Positions 8,226 to 16,006 of a DNA stretch of 48,875 nt are shown here, piece by piece; position 1 is the stretch's first letter, and the number at the start of each line of letters is the position of its first letter. The translations under genes and the position numbers were made by a program. Source of the DNA: a virus; IMG/VR virus record IMGVR_UViG_3300009537_000023, positions 1 to 48,875 of that record, one strand, 5' to 3'. Under the pieces are notes generated by a model. It made no database searches and had not been told where the DNA came from. It worked only from the letters and a program-made list of their open reading frames with translations.

Positions 8226-8982
8226 GACCAACAATGTCAAGTATGCCTTGCACAACCTGAGGACAGAGTTCCTTCAGATGGGCAAGACAGTGGATCGAGG
8301 TGAATGGCAGAGTCTCAAAGACAGACCACAGAGCCAGGTCTTTGAGGTCCATGATGCGTCTTTCCGAGTCGTTGTTCCAGAAAGCGTGATCGGTTGGCAG
8401 AACGAGTGCAAGCCAAATCTTCCATGGGCTGAGGATCATTTTCAAGAGCGGGTCAGTGGTAAGCCATTGAACCCGGGCGAGCAGTACAAGAATTGGCCTT
8501 GGTACGAGCAAGGGGTCGAGGATCACAAACCCGGGGGCAAGTTCAGTCACACCTACATGGAAAGATTCTGGCCGTCTGGGTCTTTTGGAAATCTTGACCA
8601 TGTAGTTGAACTCCTAATTGATCGACCATTTACCCGACAGGCATACCTCACTGTATGGTGGCCCCACGATGCTCGTATAGCCCTTGAAGGTGAACGTGTG
8701 CCTTGTACGTTGGGCTATCACTTCCTTGCTTATCCGGGGCCGGACGATCGTCCCTTGCTACGGGCCACATACTTCATGCGGTCATGTGACTGGTTCCGTT
8801 ACCTGCGTGATGATCTTTACATGGCTGGCAGATTGCTTCAATGGGTGGCAAAGCAAACGAACATGGATCCTACCATGTTGACGATGCACATTGCCAATCT
8901 CCACATCTTCAACCAAGAAGTTCCTCGACTTCGCCAAGAACATGCGGATGCAGAGAAAGAGAGGTTGTCCCATGCTTTCTGA
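8212..8982 (+). CDS. thymidylate-synthase-family pyrimidine methylase/hydroxymethylase (dCMP-hydroxymethylase-like, paralog 2)
   Basis: LIDRPFTRQAYLTVWWP (the ..SRR...saWnp equivalent), VPCTLGYHFL (catalytic Cys strand), YFMRSCDWFRYLRDDLYMAGRL (QRS.D....PFN equivalent, with Asp where ThyA has Asn), MHIANLHIF (GD.H.Y equivalent). RBS GGAGAAAG lies before ATG 8212. Confidence 0.75.
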   Translation: MTLIKTNNVKYALHNLRTEFLQMGKTVDRGEWQSLKDRPQSQVFEVHDASFRVVVPESVIGWQNECKPNLPWAEDHFQERVSGKPLNPGEQYKNWPWYEQGVEDHKPGGKFSHTYMERFWPSGSFGNLDHVVELLIDRPFTRQAYLTVWWPHDARIALEGERVPCTLGYHFLAYPGPDDRPLLRATYFMRSCDWFRYLRDDLYMAGRLLQWVAKQTNMDPTMLTMHIANLHIFNQEVPRLRQEHADAEKERLSHAF

Positions 8983-9532
8983 CCATCATTTCTTAGCAGT
9001 GGCTCATATCGTCGCCGACGCCGGGACTTGTTCGAGGCTCAAAGTAGGGGCAGTCCTGGTATATGCCCGGCGCATTATTTCCACAGGATACAACGGGGCA
9101 CCTGCGGGAATGCAGCATTGTGACCATATCCATGCGGATAAACAAATGTGGGATCAAGGAGGAAAGGGATGCGATACCGCAGTCCATGCCGAGGTCAATG
9201 CCATTGCGTTCGCTGCGAAGCACGGAGTAGCGACCACTGGGTCCACTTTGTATACCACAGATTCGCCGTGCGTATCGTGCGCCCAACTAATCATCAATGC
9301 TGGCATAAAGGAGGTGAAGTATGGCAGAGAGTATCGAATCCCCGCAGGCATCATTCTCCTTGAAAGAGCTAGCATCAGAACTGAAAGGCTTGGCGAACCC
9401 CAACTGCAACTTGTGTCCGTTACATCAGGAGACGGAGAGGGTGTGCATCCCAGTCAACATGCCGACGAGGCGTTTGACCAAGGATGGTCAGAGTATGCGG
9501 CTTCTCGTCGTGGGGGAAGCGCCCGGATATAA
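8972..9532 (+). CDS. dCMP deaminase (zinc-dependent cytidine/deoxycytidylate deaminase family)
   Basis: VHAEVNAI (H-A-E zinc/catalytic motif), TDSPCVSCAQLIINAGIKEV (PCxxC), STGYNGAPAG. I chose ATG 8972 (MLSDHH...) over ATG 8891. The last 212 nt overlap the polymerase gene. Confidence 0.85.
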   Translation: MLSDHHFLAVAHIVADAGTCSRLKVGAVLVYARRIISTGYNGAPAGMQHCDHIHADKQMWDQGGKGCDTAVHAEVNAIAFAAKHGVATTGSTLYTTDSPCVSCAQLIINAGIKEVKYGREYRIPAGIILLERASIRTERLGEPQLQLVSVTSGDGEGVHPSQHADEAFDQGWSEYAASRRGGSARI

Positions 9533-11801
9533 TGAGGAACAAACGGGTCGTCTATTCTCAGGCAATGCCGGGCAACTACTTGATCAGGCTCTAGGGGAAG
9601 TAGGGCTTAAACGTGATTGGTTCTTCGTAACCAATGCGGTCAAGTGTCGCCCGGCAGAGAACCGAACTCCATCAGCGAAGGAGGTTCGGACTTGCTCATC
9701 GACCTACCTCAGCCAGGAAATCGCTGCCATTGAACCACAGTACGGGTTGGTATTGGGCAACAGTGGGTGCCAAGCGGTCTTCGGCAAGAAAGGTATAACG
9801 AGACTCAATGGACAGGTGATCGAGAAGTACGGTGTGAAGTGGGTCGCCGCATTCCACCCGGCTGCTGTCTTGAGGAACCCTCGCTATCGCAAGTCCTTCA
9901 TGGGGGCCCTGTTAGTATTGGCCCGCTTGATCCGTGATGAAGAAGGTGCACCTAATACCGATACGGTTCTAGTCAATGACAAGGAGACCCTCAGACAACT
10001 CCTTACTGAGTTGGAAAATGGTGAGGTAGCTTCGGTTGACGTAGAAACCTGGTCTTCTCATCCAAAGGTGGGGAGATTCAAGGGCGGTGGTCTAGCGTGG
10101 TGGGCTGATGACTTCTGTGTGACCACTATCAACTTCTCCTTTAAGCCGGGCTATGCCTATGTTCTACCCCTAGCCCATGATAAGGCAAGATGGAAAGACT
10201 GGACTAAAGTCCGTGACATCATCAAGCCATACATGGAAGCTCTGCCTTACTGGGTGATGCACAATGGCAAATATGACTCCAAATGCCTAGAGATGATTGG
10301 CATTCACATGCGCCACAGTTTTGATACGATGGGAGCCGAGTATGCGCTGGATGAGAACAACGTCAAAGACCTGGGTTTCCTTAGCCAAGTATATCTTGCG
10401 GCCCCCGAGTACAAGGAGTTGGTCGACAAGACCAATCTCAAGTCAGAGGATCTCGACCTCATGGCAGAGTACGGAGGAAAAGACGCCGACTACACCTATC
10501 GGCTGCGACCGCTACAGATTCGACGGCTGAAGACAGAGGGTCTATCACGACGGCTTTACGAGAAGCTACTGCACCCCTCAGATTTAGTCCTGACAAACGT
10601 GGAGCTCCGAGGCATGCCAGTGGATCATTCCAAGCTTGTGGAACGAGCAAGAGAGTGTGACCAGAACATAGCCGAAGCGAAGGAGAAGATTTATGCCACC
10701 ACAGGTTGGGAATTTAACATTAATTCCCCAGCCCAACTCGGTGATATCCTTTTCAACCGACTGGACTTCCCAGTTCTGGAAACAACAAAAACCGGTGCTC
10801 CTTCAACCAGAGAAGGCGTACTTATCGCTCTCAAAACCCTTGATGATGAGGGACTCATTGAGCGGATCCTTGACTATCGAAAGTGGAAAGGTTACCGTTC
10901 ACGATACCTCAACCCGTGGCCGGAACTGGCTGATAGTGAATGGCGGCTGCATCCTCACTTCAAACCGTTTCATACTGTCACTGGGAGGCTATCCTGCGAG
11001 CATCCTAATATGCAACAAGTCCCTAGAGATACATTTATCCGTGGGATTATTGGGGGTAATCCTGGTTGGGTGATTCTCGAAGCGGACTACAGCCAAGCCG
11101 AGATGCGCCTGGCGGGTCACTACTCACAGGATTCAACCATGCTGAGGGTCTTCAATACAGGTCGTGACGTTCACATGGAGACGGCAATGTCTATCACAGG
11201 TCTGGCTCAACATGAGGTGACATCTGAGCAGAGAAAGATGGCGAAGGCTGTTAACTTCGGCTTCTTGTATGGCATGGGCTGGCACAAGTTCATGGACTAT
11301 GCAAAGGAGAACTATGAGTTGGACGTTTCTGAAGCTGAAGCGAAGGTGGCTCGCAAGGAGTTCTTCCGACAGTTCCGTAGTTTACCTGGGTGGCATGATC
11401 GTCAACGTAAGAAGGCCCGCAAGAACGGTTATGTACTATCCGCTATCGGTAGAAAGCGTCACCTACATGATATTCGGTCCACAAATGAGGGCATACGTCA
11501 AGAGGCTGAACGCCAGGCCATCAACTCACCAGTTCAAAGCCTTGCATCGGATATGATGCTCCTCGCCATGATACAACTGGAAGAGCAGCTTGACCCAAAC
11601 GAGTGCCGCATCATCTCCACAGTACATGACTCCATTCTGTTCGAGGTGAGAGAGGATCTGGTCTACAAGTACATTCCGATAGTTAAGGCTGGTCTCGAGG
11701 AGGTGCCGCTAGAAAAGGAATTTGAATGTATACTCACCGTGCCTATTGTGGCTGACATCAAATATGGTTCCCACTGGTCAGAGGGAGCAGTTGAGGTTTG
11801 A
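9321..11801 (+). CDS. family A DNA polymerase with 3'-5' exonuclease and an N-terminal family-4 uracil-DNA glycosylase domain
   Basis: UDG4: CNLCPLH, VVGEAPGYNEEQTGRLFSGNAGQLL, VKCRP, AFHPAAVLRNP. Exonuclease: VDVETWS, HNGKYDSKCL, YGGKDADYTYRL. Polymerase: ILEADYSQAEMRLAGHYS (motif A), RKMAKAVNFGFLYGM (motif B), VHDSILFEV (motif C). Strong RBS AAGGAGGTGAAGT before the ATG. Confidence 0.9.
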   Translation: MAESIESPQASFSLKELASELKGLANPNCNLCPLHQETERVCIPVNMPTRRLTKDGQSMRLLVVGEAPGYNEEQTGRLFSGNAGQLLDQALGEVGLKRDWFFVTNAVKCRPAENRTPSAKEVRTCSSTYLSQEIAAIEPQYGLVLGNSGCQAVFGKKGITRLNGQVIEKYGVKWVAAFHPAAVLRNPRYRKSFMGALLVLARLIRDEEGAPNTDTVLVNDKETLRQLLTELENGEVASVDVETWSSHPKVGRFKGGGLAWWADDFCVTTINFSFKPGYAYVLPLAHDKARWKDWTKVRDIIKPYMEALPYWVMHNGKYDSKCLEMIGIHMRHSFDTMGAEYALDENNVKDLGFLSQVYLAAPEYKELVDKTNLKSEDLDLMAEYGGKDADYTYRLRPLQIRRLKTEGLSRRLYEKLLHPSDLVLTNVELRGMPVDHSKLVERARECDQNIAEAKEKIYATTGWEFNINSPAQLGDILFNRLDFPVLETTKTGAPSTREGVLIALKTLDDEGLIERILDYRKWKGYRSRYLNPWPELADSEWRLHPHFKPFHTVTGRLSCEHPNMQQVPRDTFIRGIIGGNPGWVILEADYSQAEMRLAGHYSQDSTMLRVFNTGRDVHMETAMSITGLAQHEVTSEQRKMAKAVNFGFLYGMGWHKFMDYAKENYELDVSEAEAKVARKEFFRQFRSLPGWHDRQRKKARKNGYVLSAIGRKRHLHDIRSTNEGIRQEAERQAINSPVQSLASDMMLLAMIQLEEQLDPNECRIISTVHDSILFEVREDLVYKYIPIVKAGLEEVPLEKEFECILTVPIVADIKYGSHWSEGAVEV

Positions 11802-11825
11802 GTCAAGAACCAGGCATATTACAAT
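11798..11825 (+). promoter_or_regulatory. sigma70-like promoter TTGAGT-16 nt-TACAAT
   Basis: TTGAGT at 11798-11803 and TACAAT at 11820-11825, spanning the polymerase stop at 11801 and the gap that follows. Confidence 0.4.
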
Positions 11826-11855
11826 CTGATTAGCTAGAGCAAGCTGCGGTAGAGG

Positions 11856-11885
11856 CTACGGGGTTTTCTCGCTTTCTCCCCGTAG
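11856..11885 (+). promoter_or_regulatory. stem-loop in the 5' leader of the exonuclease gene
   Basis: CTACGGGG (11856-11863) pairs with CCCCGTAG (11878-11885), with a 14-nt U-rich loop. There is no downstream T tract, so it is not a classic terminator. Confidence 0.4.
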
Positions 11886-11908
11886 TCTCACCGTTTGATA
11901 GGAGCAAC

Positions 11909-12919
11909 GTGCCACTGAATATATCCCACTCGGAACTGAAAACGTTCCGCCGATGTAAGCGCCAGTATTTTTATAAGGTAGTTGAGGGGCTAGAGCCCCG
12001 CCTTACAGACCCCAAACTCAAGTTCGGTATTTGGTTCCATGAATTGATGCGAGCCTATTACGAAGGCAAAGACTGGAAGAAGGCACATGAACAGGAACTC
12101 AAGAAATTCAACAACCTTTTCCTAGAGGAGAGAGAGTTCTACGGCGATCTACCTGACCTGGCCGAGCGCATGATGTTCTCCTACCTGTGGACATATCGCA
12201 ACGAAGACCCCGAGTGGGAGGTTCTCTATGTGGAGGAGAACTTCAAGGTCAAATTTACCGAAGGTGATGTATTCGGGTTCAAACCTGACTTGATTGTTGC
12301 CGACAAGCGTGGCGATGTATGGGTAGTGGATCACAAGACCACTCGATCTATACCCAGTAGTGAATGGCGACTGGTCGATCTGCAATCCACGCTGTATCCC
12401 TGGGCATTGAGAGAGGGGATGGACTTAGATATAAAGGGGTTCATCTTCAACTATATCCGTCGCAAAGCACCGAGCATCCCCAAGATCAACAAGGACGGCT
12501 CAATTAGTCGGGCAAGAGTCGATACCGATTATCCAACAATGGCTAAGTTCCTCATCGAATACTTCGAGGTTGAGACGGTGAAAGAACTGCCCACAGAGTG
12601 GAAGAAGCGCCTGGCTAATCTCAAATTGGAATCAAAGTTTTTCAAGAGGACTCGTATTACCAAAGATGATGCCCTCATCAATCGCCAGATCGAGGAGTTC
12701 TCATACACCGCTCAGGAACTTGAATCGTGGCTTGAGCTATCAGAGGAACAAGACATCGACCCGTGGGTACGCACGATGATCCCGTCCTGTGAATGGGACT
12801 GTGAGTTCTATGACCTATGCACCCTTGAATTACTAGGCCAGGACAGCAAGTTCATGCGGCGTAGTAAATACCAGCCGAGTCAATACCAGAAGGAGAGAAG
12901 GCGTGGCAGCGAAGACTAA
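11909..12919 (+). CDS. PD-(D/E)XK exonuclease with a Cas4/AddB-like Fe-S cysteine set
   Basis: FKPDLIVADKRGDVWVVDHKT (D...D-x-K nuclease core). One N-terminal Cys (FRRCKRQY) plus the C-terminal CEWDCEFYDLC. GTG start. Confidence 0.8.
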   Translation: MPLNISHSELKTFRRCKRQYFYKVVEGLEPRLTDPKLKFGIWFHELMRAYYEGKDWKKAHEQELKKFNNLFLEEREFYGDLPDLAERMMFSYLWTYRNEDPEWEVLYVEENFKVKFTEGDVFGFKPDLIVADKRGDVWVVDHKTTRSIPSSEWRLVDLQSTLYPWALREGMDLDIKGFIFNYIRRKAPSIPKINKDGSISRARVDTDYPTMAKFLIEYFEVETVKELPTEWKKRLANLKLESKFFKRTRITKDDALINRQIEEFSYTAQELESWLELSEEQDIDPWVRTMIPSCEWDCEFYDLCTLELLGQDSKFMRRSKYQPSQYQKERRRGSED

Positions 12920-13739
12920 GGGTAAGATCGACAAGCCCATGAAGGCTAGTGCTAAGCAATTGGCTAGACTTAAAGCCATTGAATCCATGATGCAGCCTGT
13001 GGGCTCAATCGTGGAGCTTCTTCACAGCCTGATCTGGGGTCGAGTCAAGTCTGGCAAGACTAAGTTCATTGCCTCTGGTCCCAAACCTGTAATTTTCGCC
13101 GCAGAAGATGGCACACGAACCATTCGTGACTTTCCTGATGTAACCGTTTTCCCTGTCACTGGCGATGGTAAGTATATTCCGCCAAGATGGAAGCACGCTC
13201 GGGATTTCATCTGGTACCTAGACAAAGCCGATCACGACTTTGGCACAGTAGGCGTGGACACAATGACTGCCCTGTCTCGTATTGCCATTCGATTCGTTAC
13301 CAAAGATGAGGAGTTGAGGGATGATCTGAGAGCCAAGGGCACCATGGATTATCGGGTGTGGAATCGAGTGACCCGCCTGATTACCGAGTTCATGGAAGAC
13401 TTGGAGGGAGTGTGCAAGGCCAGAGGAATGCACCTGGTGTATACCTGCCAAGAATTATCTTTGGATGAGGAGAAAGCATTGCGTGAGGGTTCATCAATTG
13501 TGCCTGATCTAACACCTAAATTGAGAGGAGCCATTCTTGAAAAGCCCGACATCATCGCAAGGACAATTATAGAGGAGGAAGAAAGTGAGGATCTCAGCAA
13601 AGCCACCCTGAAGTATGGCATGGTGTTCAAGCACCACGAATGGCCCGTAGGTTTACGGGAACCAGCAAGCAAGAAACCGATGCCCGCCAGAGTTTATGGC
13701 GACATCACAATCCCCAAGCTCCTAAGGAGGCTTAGTTAA
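12903..13739 (+). CDS. RecA-fold ATPase, Sak4/AAA_24-like recombination protein
   Basis: Walker A GRVKSGKTKF and Walker B GTVGVDTM. It sits between the exonuclease and the SSB-like gene. Confidence 0.65.
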   Translation: MAAKTKGKIDKPMKASAKQLARLKAIESMMQPVGSIVELLHSLIWGRVKSGKTKFIASGPKPVIFAAEDGTRTIRDFPDVTVFPVTGDGKYIPPRWKHARDFIWYLDKADHDFGTVGVDTMTALSRIAIRFVTKDEELRDDLRAKGTMDYRVWNRVTRLITEFMEDLEGVCKARGMHLVYTCQELSLDEEKALREGSSIVPDLTPKLRGAILEKPDIIARTIIEEEESEDLSKATLKYGMVFKHHEWPVGLREPASKKPMPARVYGDITIPKLLRRLS

Positions 13740-14333
13740 ATGGCCAAAAAGCCAAAGATCACGAAGGAAAGCCTTGAGATTGACCTCACTGGCGTAGAGG
13801 CGTCAGAACGTAGGCGTAAGCAGCGCATTCCCGAGGGTGTGTACCTTGCCAAGGTTCTTGAGGTTGGACCCCACAAGTTCAACACTGGCAGCAAAGGCGT
13901 TCAGTGGGTCTTCTCCATTACTACGAACGGCAAGGGCAAGGGTGCCAGATTCTGGTACAACAATGCCTTGATTGATACAGATGGCAATGTCATGGAGAAT
14001 TCTCTGTGGTCTCTGCGTGGCGTTCTCCAGGCTCTTGAGCCCAAGGTGAAGATTCCCGACAAGCTGATGAAGATCCCATACGCCAAGCTGGTCGATCGAA
14101 CGGTCGCTCTGGAGATAGGCGACGATGAGTATGACGAGAAGATCCGCTCAACCATCATCGATGTGTTCCACCCATCTCTCATCGAGGACGAGACCGAAGA
14201 AGAGGATGAGGAAGAGAGCGAGGACGAAGAATGGGATGAAGATGAAGAGGAGGATGAAGACGAAGACGAGGATGAAGAAGAGGAGGAAGATGAAGAAGAG
14301 GAAGAATGGGATCTTGATGAGGACGAGCTATAG
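13740..14333 (+). CDS. putative ssDNA-binding protein with a very long acidic C-terminal tail
   Basis: A beta-rich N-terminal body (GVYLAKVLEVGPHKFNTGSKGVQWVFSI) is followed by about 45 residues that are almost entirely D/E, ending EWDLDEDEL. It lies in the recombination block. Confidence 0.55.
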   Translation: MAKKPKITKESLEIDLTGVEASERRRKQRIPEGVYLAKVLEVGPHKFNTGSKGVQWVFSITTNGKGKGARFWYNNALIDTDGNVMENSLWSLRGVLQALEPKVKIPDKLMKIPYAKLVDRTVALEIGDDEYDEKIRSTIIDVFHPSLIEDETEEEDEEESEDEEWDEDEEEDEDEDEDEEEEEDEEEEEWDLDEDEL

Positions 14334-14373
14334 TTGTGCTGGCTGGCAATAGGCACGTTGCTCACCAAGGAGG

Positions 14374-14406
14374 GAGGGCGGGAGAGATCCTGCCCTCTCT
14401 TTTTTC
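14374..14406 (+). terminator. candidate intrinsic terminator
   Basis: GAGGGC (14374-14379) pairs with GCCCTC (14392-14397), with a 12-nt loop. It is followed by TCTCTTTTTT. Confidence 0.4.
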
Positions 14407-14407
14407 C

Positions 14408-14725
14408 ATGACTGAAGCACGAATTACCACACAGATAATCAAAGCCCTAAAGAAACGTGGTGGCTGGTGGGTGAAGATTCACGGCTCAGCATTTCAGTCC
14501 GCAGGTATACCAGATATTATCGGCTGCTATCGTGGTATATTAGTGGCACTGGAAGTCAAGACTCCCGATACAGCGAAGAACGTCTCCGAGCGTCAACGGC
14601 ATGTTATGTCTCGTATCAGACAAGCAGGGGGGGTGCCACGAGTTGTGACGAGCGCCAAGGCAGCCTTAGAGGTCATTCGTGACGTAGACACAAGACTCGA
14701 CAAGTACGAAGGATGGTCATCATGA
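14408..14725 (+). CDS. VRR-NUC / Holliday-junction-resolvase-like PD-(D/E)XK nuclease
   Basis: IIKALKKRGGWWVKIHGS...GIPDIIGCYRGILVALEVKTP (D...E-x-K). The frame is open from GTG 14336. I prefer ATG 14408, although it has no clear RBS. Confidence 0.65.
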   Translation: MTEARITTQIIKALKKRGGWWVKIHGSAFQSAGIPDIIGCYRGILVALEVKTPDTAKNVSERQRHVMSRIRQAGGVPRVVTSAKAALEVIRDVDTRLDKYEGWSS

Positions 14726-14901
14726 AGTTCCAAGACAATGATCCATTGAAGTATCTCCATGTACCTCGCCGCAAACGATTGAGTGAAGACAAAGGCTCAG
14801 ACTCCGATGCTCTGGATGACAAGACCGGGGACGATGGAAACTTTGATAGGGATGAGATTAGAACCCGAGGCGAGGTCGTAAGTAAAGAGGACCTCACATG
14901 A
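14713..14901 (+). CDS. hypothetical acidic protein (62 aa)
   Basis: ORF track. Overlaps both neighbouring genes by a few nt. Confidence 0.4.
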   Translation: MVIMKFQDNDPLKYLHVPRRKRLSEDKGSDSDALDDKTGDDGNFDRDEIRTRGEVVSKEDLT

Positions 14902-15680
14902 ACTTTGCTCCCTATCAACCAGCCACAGGCTGCACTAAGTACGGACCAGCAGGCGCCCAATCTCTGTTGACCTTTACCGAAGATGTCTTCGATGAACTCC
15001 ACCATTCCCTAGGCATCTGTAACTGCCGGCCAGTTAACGGTGGTTCATCATGGTCTCATCATGCCGAGTGTCGAGCCCTGGATATGGGCTTTGTCATAAT
15101 CGTTGGCAGAACATTTGCCTATGATTATGCAGTACTTCTTGGAGAGCATGGAGCTAGGGTCGGTATAGATCACATCATTACCAACCGCAGACCATGGGCA
15201 TCTGACCGAGGGGATCCCAGAATCTTTTCCGCAATAAACCCCAATGGCAGAATGTACACCGGAGCCCATCCCCACAAAGATCACAACCATGTTGGCTTAA
15301 CTCGAAGCGCCGGGGTCAATTTGACATACGCCACTTTAGTAGCCGTGTATGGAACACCCGCACAAGTAGCCGCCAGGCTTCTTGGTCAACAACTACCACA
15401 GGAGGACGAAATGATAATGCGATGGATCGATGAGCCAAATCTCCGGAAGCTTTACCAAGAGGGAGCAGTAGGCGGAGCCTCAGAAGAGGCTGTGGTTCAA
15501 TACTGGATCCGAGAACGTCATCTGAGAAGCGATGCCGAAACAATCACGGCCAGTATCAATGTGCTGAAGGCTTTGGGAAGCGGAAACGCGGCTGATACTA
15601 CGGCTAGGCAGCAAGCTGCTCAGGCACAAGCTAAGGCGGACAATGCACATGCCCGCCTTAACAAGTTGCACCAGGTTTAG
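14898..15680 (+). CDS. endolysin candidate: zinc peptidase of the M15 / Hedgehog-DD-peptidase fold
   Basis: SWSHHAECRALDM (S.H..G.A.D-like) and HPHKDHNHVG (H.H) zinc-ligand pattern. It is the last gene of the + arm and faces the membrane-protein genes. Confidence 0.65.
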   Translation: MNFAPYQPATGCTKYGPAGAQSLLTFTEDVFDELHHSLGICNCRPVNGGSSWSHHAECRALDMGFVIIVGRTFAYDYAVLLGEHGARVGIDHIITNRRPWASDRGDPRIFSAINPNGRMYTGAHPHKDHNHVGLTRSAGVNLTYATLVAVYGTPAQVAARLLGQQLPQEDEMIMRWIDEPNLRKLYQEGAVGGASEEAVVQYWIRERHLRSDAETITASINVLKALGSGNAADTTARQQAAQAQAKADNAHARLNKLHQV

Positions 15681-15994
15681 CTACTACCTATAGAGGCCAG
15701 TTTTACCTCTGTGGGTGTACCTTCCCAGAAGTTGCGATAGAGGACCGATGAGGCAATGTAAATGTCAATGATGGAGAATACCGCTAGAGACACAAAGTCC
15801 CCGGCCGAAACAAACTCCCAGCCTGCTTCTACTCCTACATTGACAACACCTGCAAGACCAGCCATGAAGAAGGCAAAGACCCTCTTTAGCTGAGTCGACC
15901 AGGCCTGCCTCTTTACGAAGCTGATGACCAGCGGGAGGAAGAAGCCTATAACTCCTCCTAGCCACGCTAGATCAAAGACCGTCTGTGTGTCCAT
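15677..15994 (-). CDS. holin-like multi-pass membrane protein
   Basis: 105 aa with 3-4 hydrophobic spans (LAWLGGVIGFFLPLVISFV, VFAFFMAGLAGVVNVGV, FVSLAVFSIIDIYIASSVL). It is adjacent to the endolysin. Confidence 0.55.
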   Translation of the reverse strand: MDTQTVFDLAWLGGVIGFFLPLVISFVKRQAWSTQLKRVFAFFMAGLAGVVNVGVEAGWEFVSAGDFVSLAVFSIIDIYIASSVLYRNFWEGTPTEVKLASIGSS

Positions 15995-16006
15995 ATTCCT
16001 TCCTTT

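Noticed and set aside
8891-8971. A longer dCMP deaminase starting at ATG 8891.
   Set aside because: It would overlap the TS-family gene by 92 nt and add a basic, non-conserved-looking N-terminus. ATG 8972 has an RBS-like GAGAGG and begins at the expected start of the deaminase fold.
13901-14368. 155-aa poly-Ser ORF on the - strand.
   Set aside because: It is the antisense reading of the GAA/GAT-rich acidic tail of the SSB-like gene, so it is a low-complexity shadow frame.
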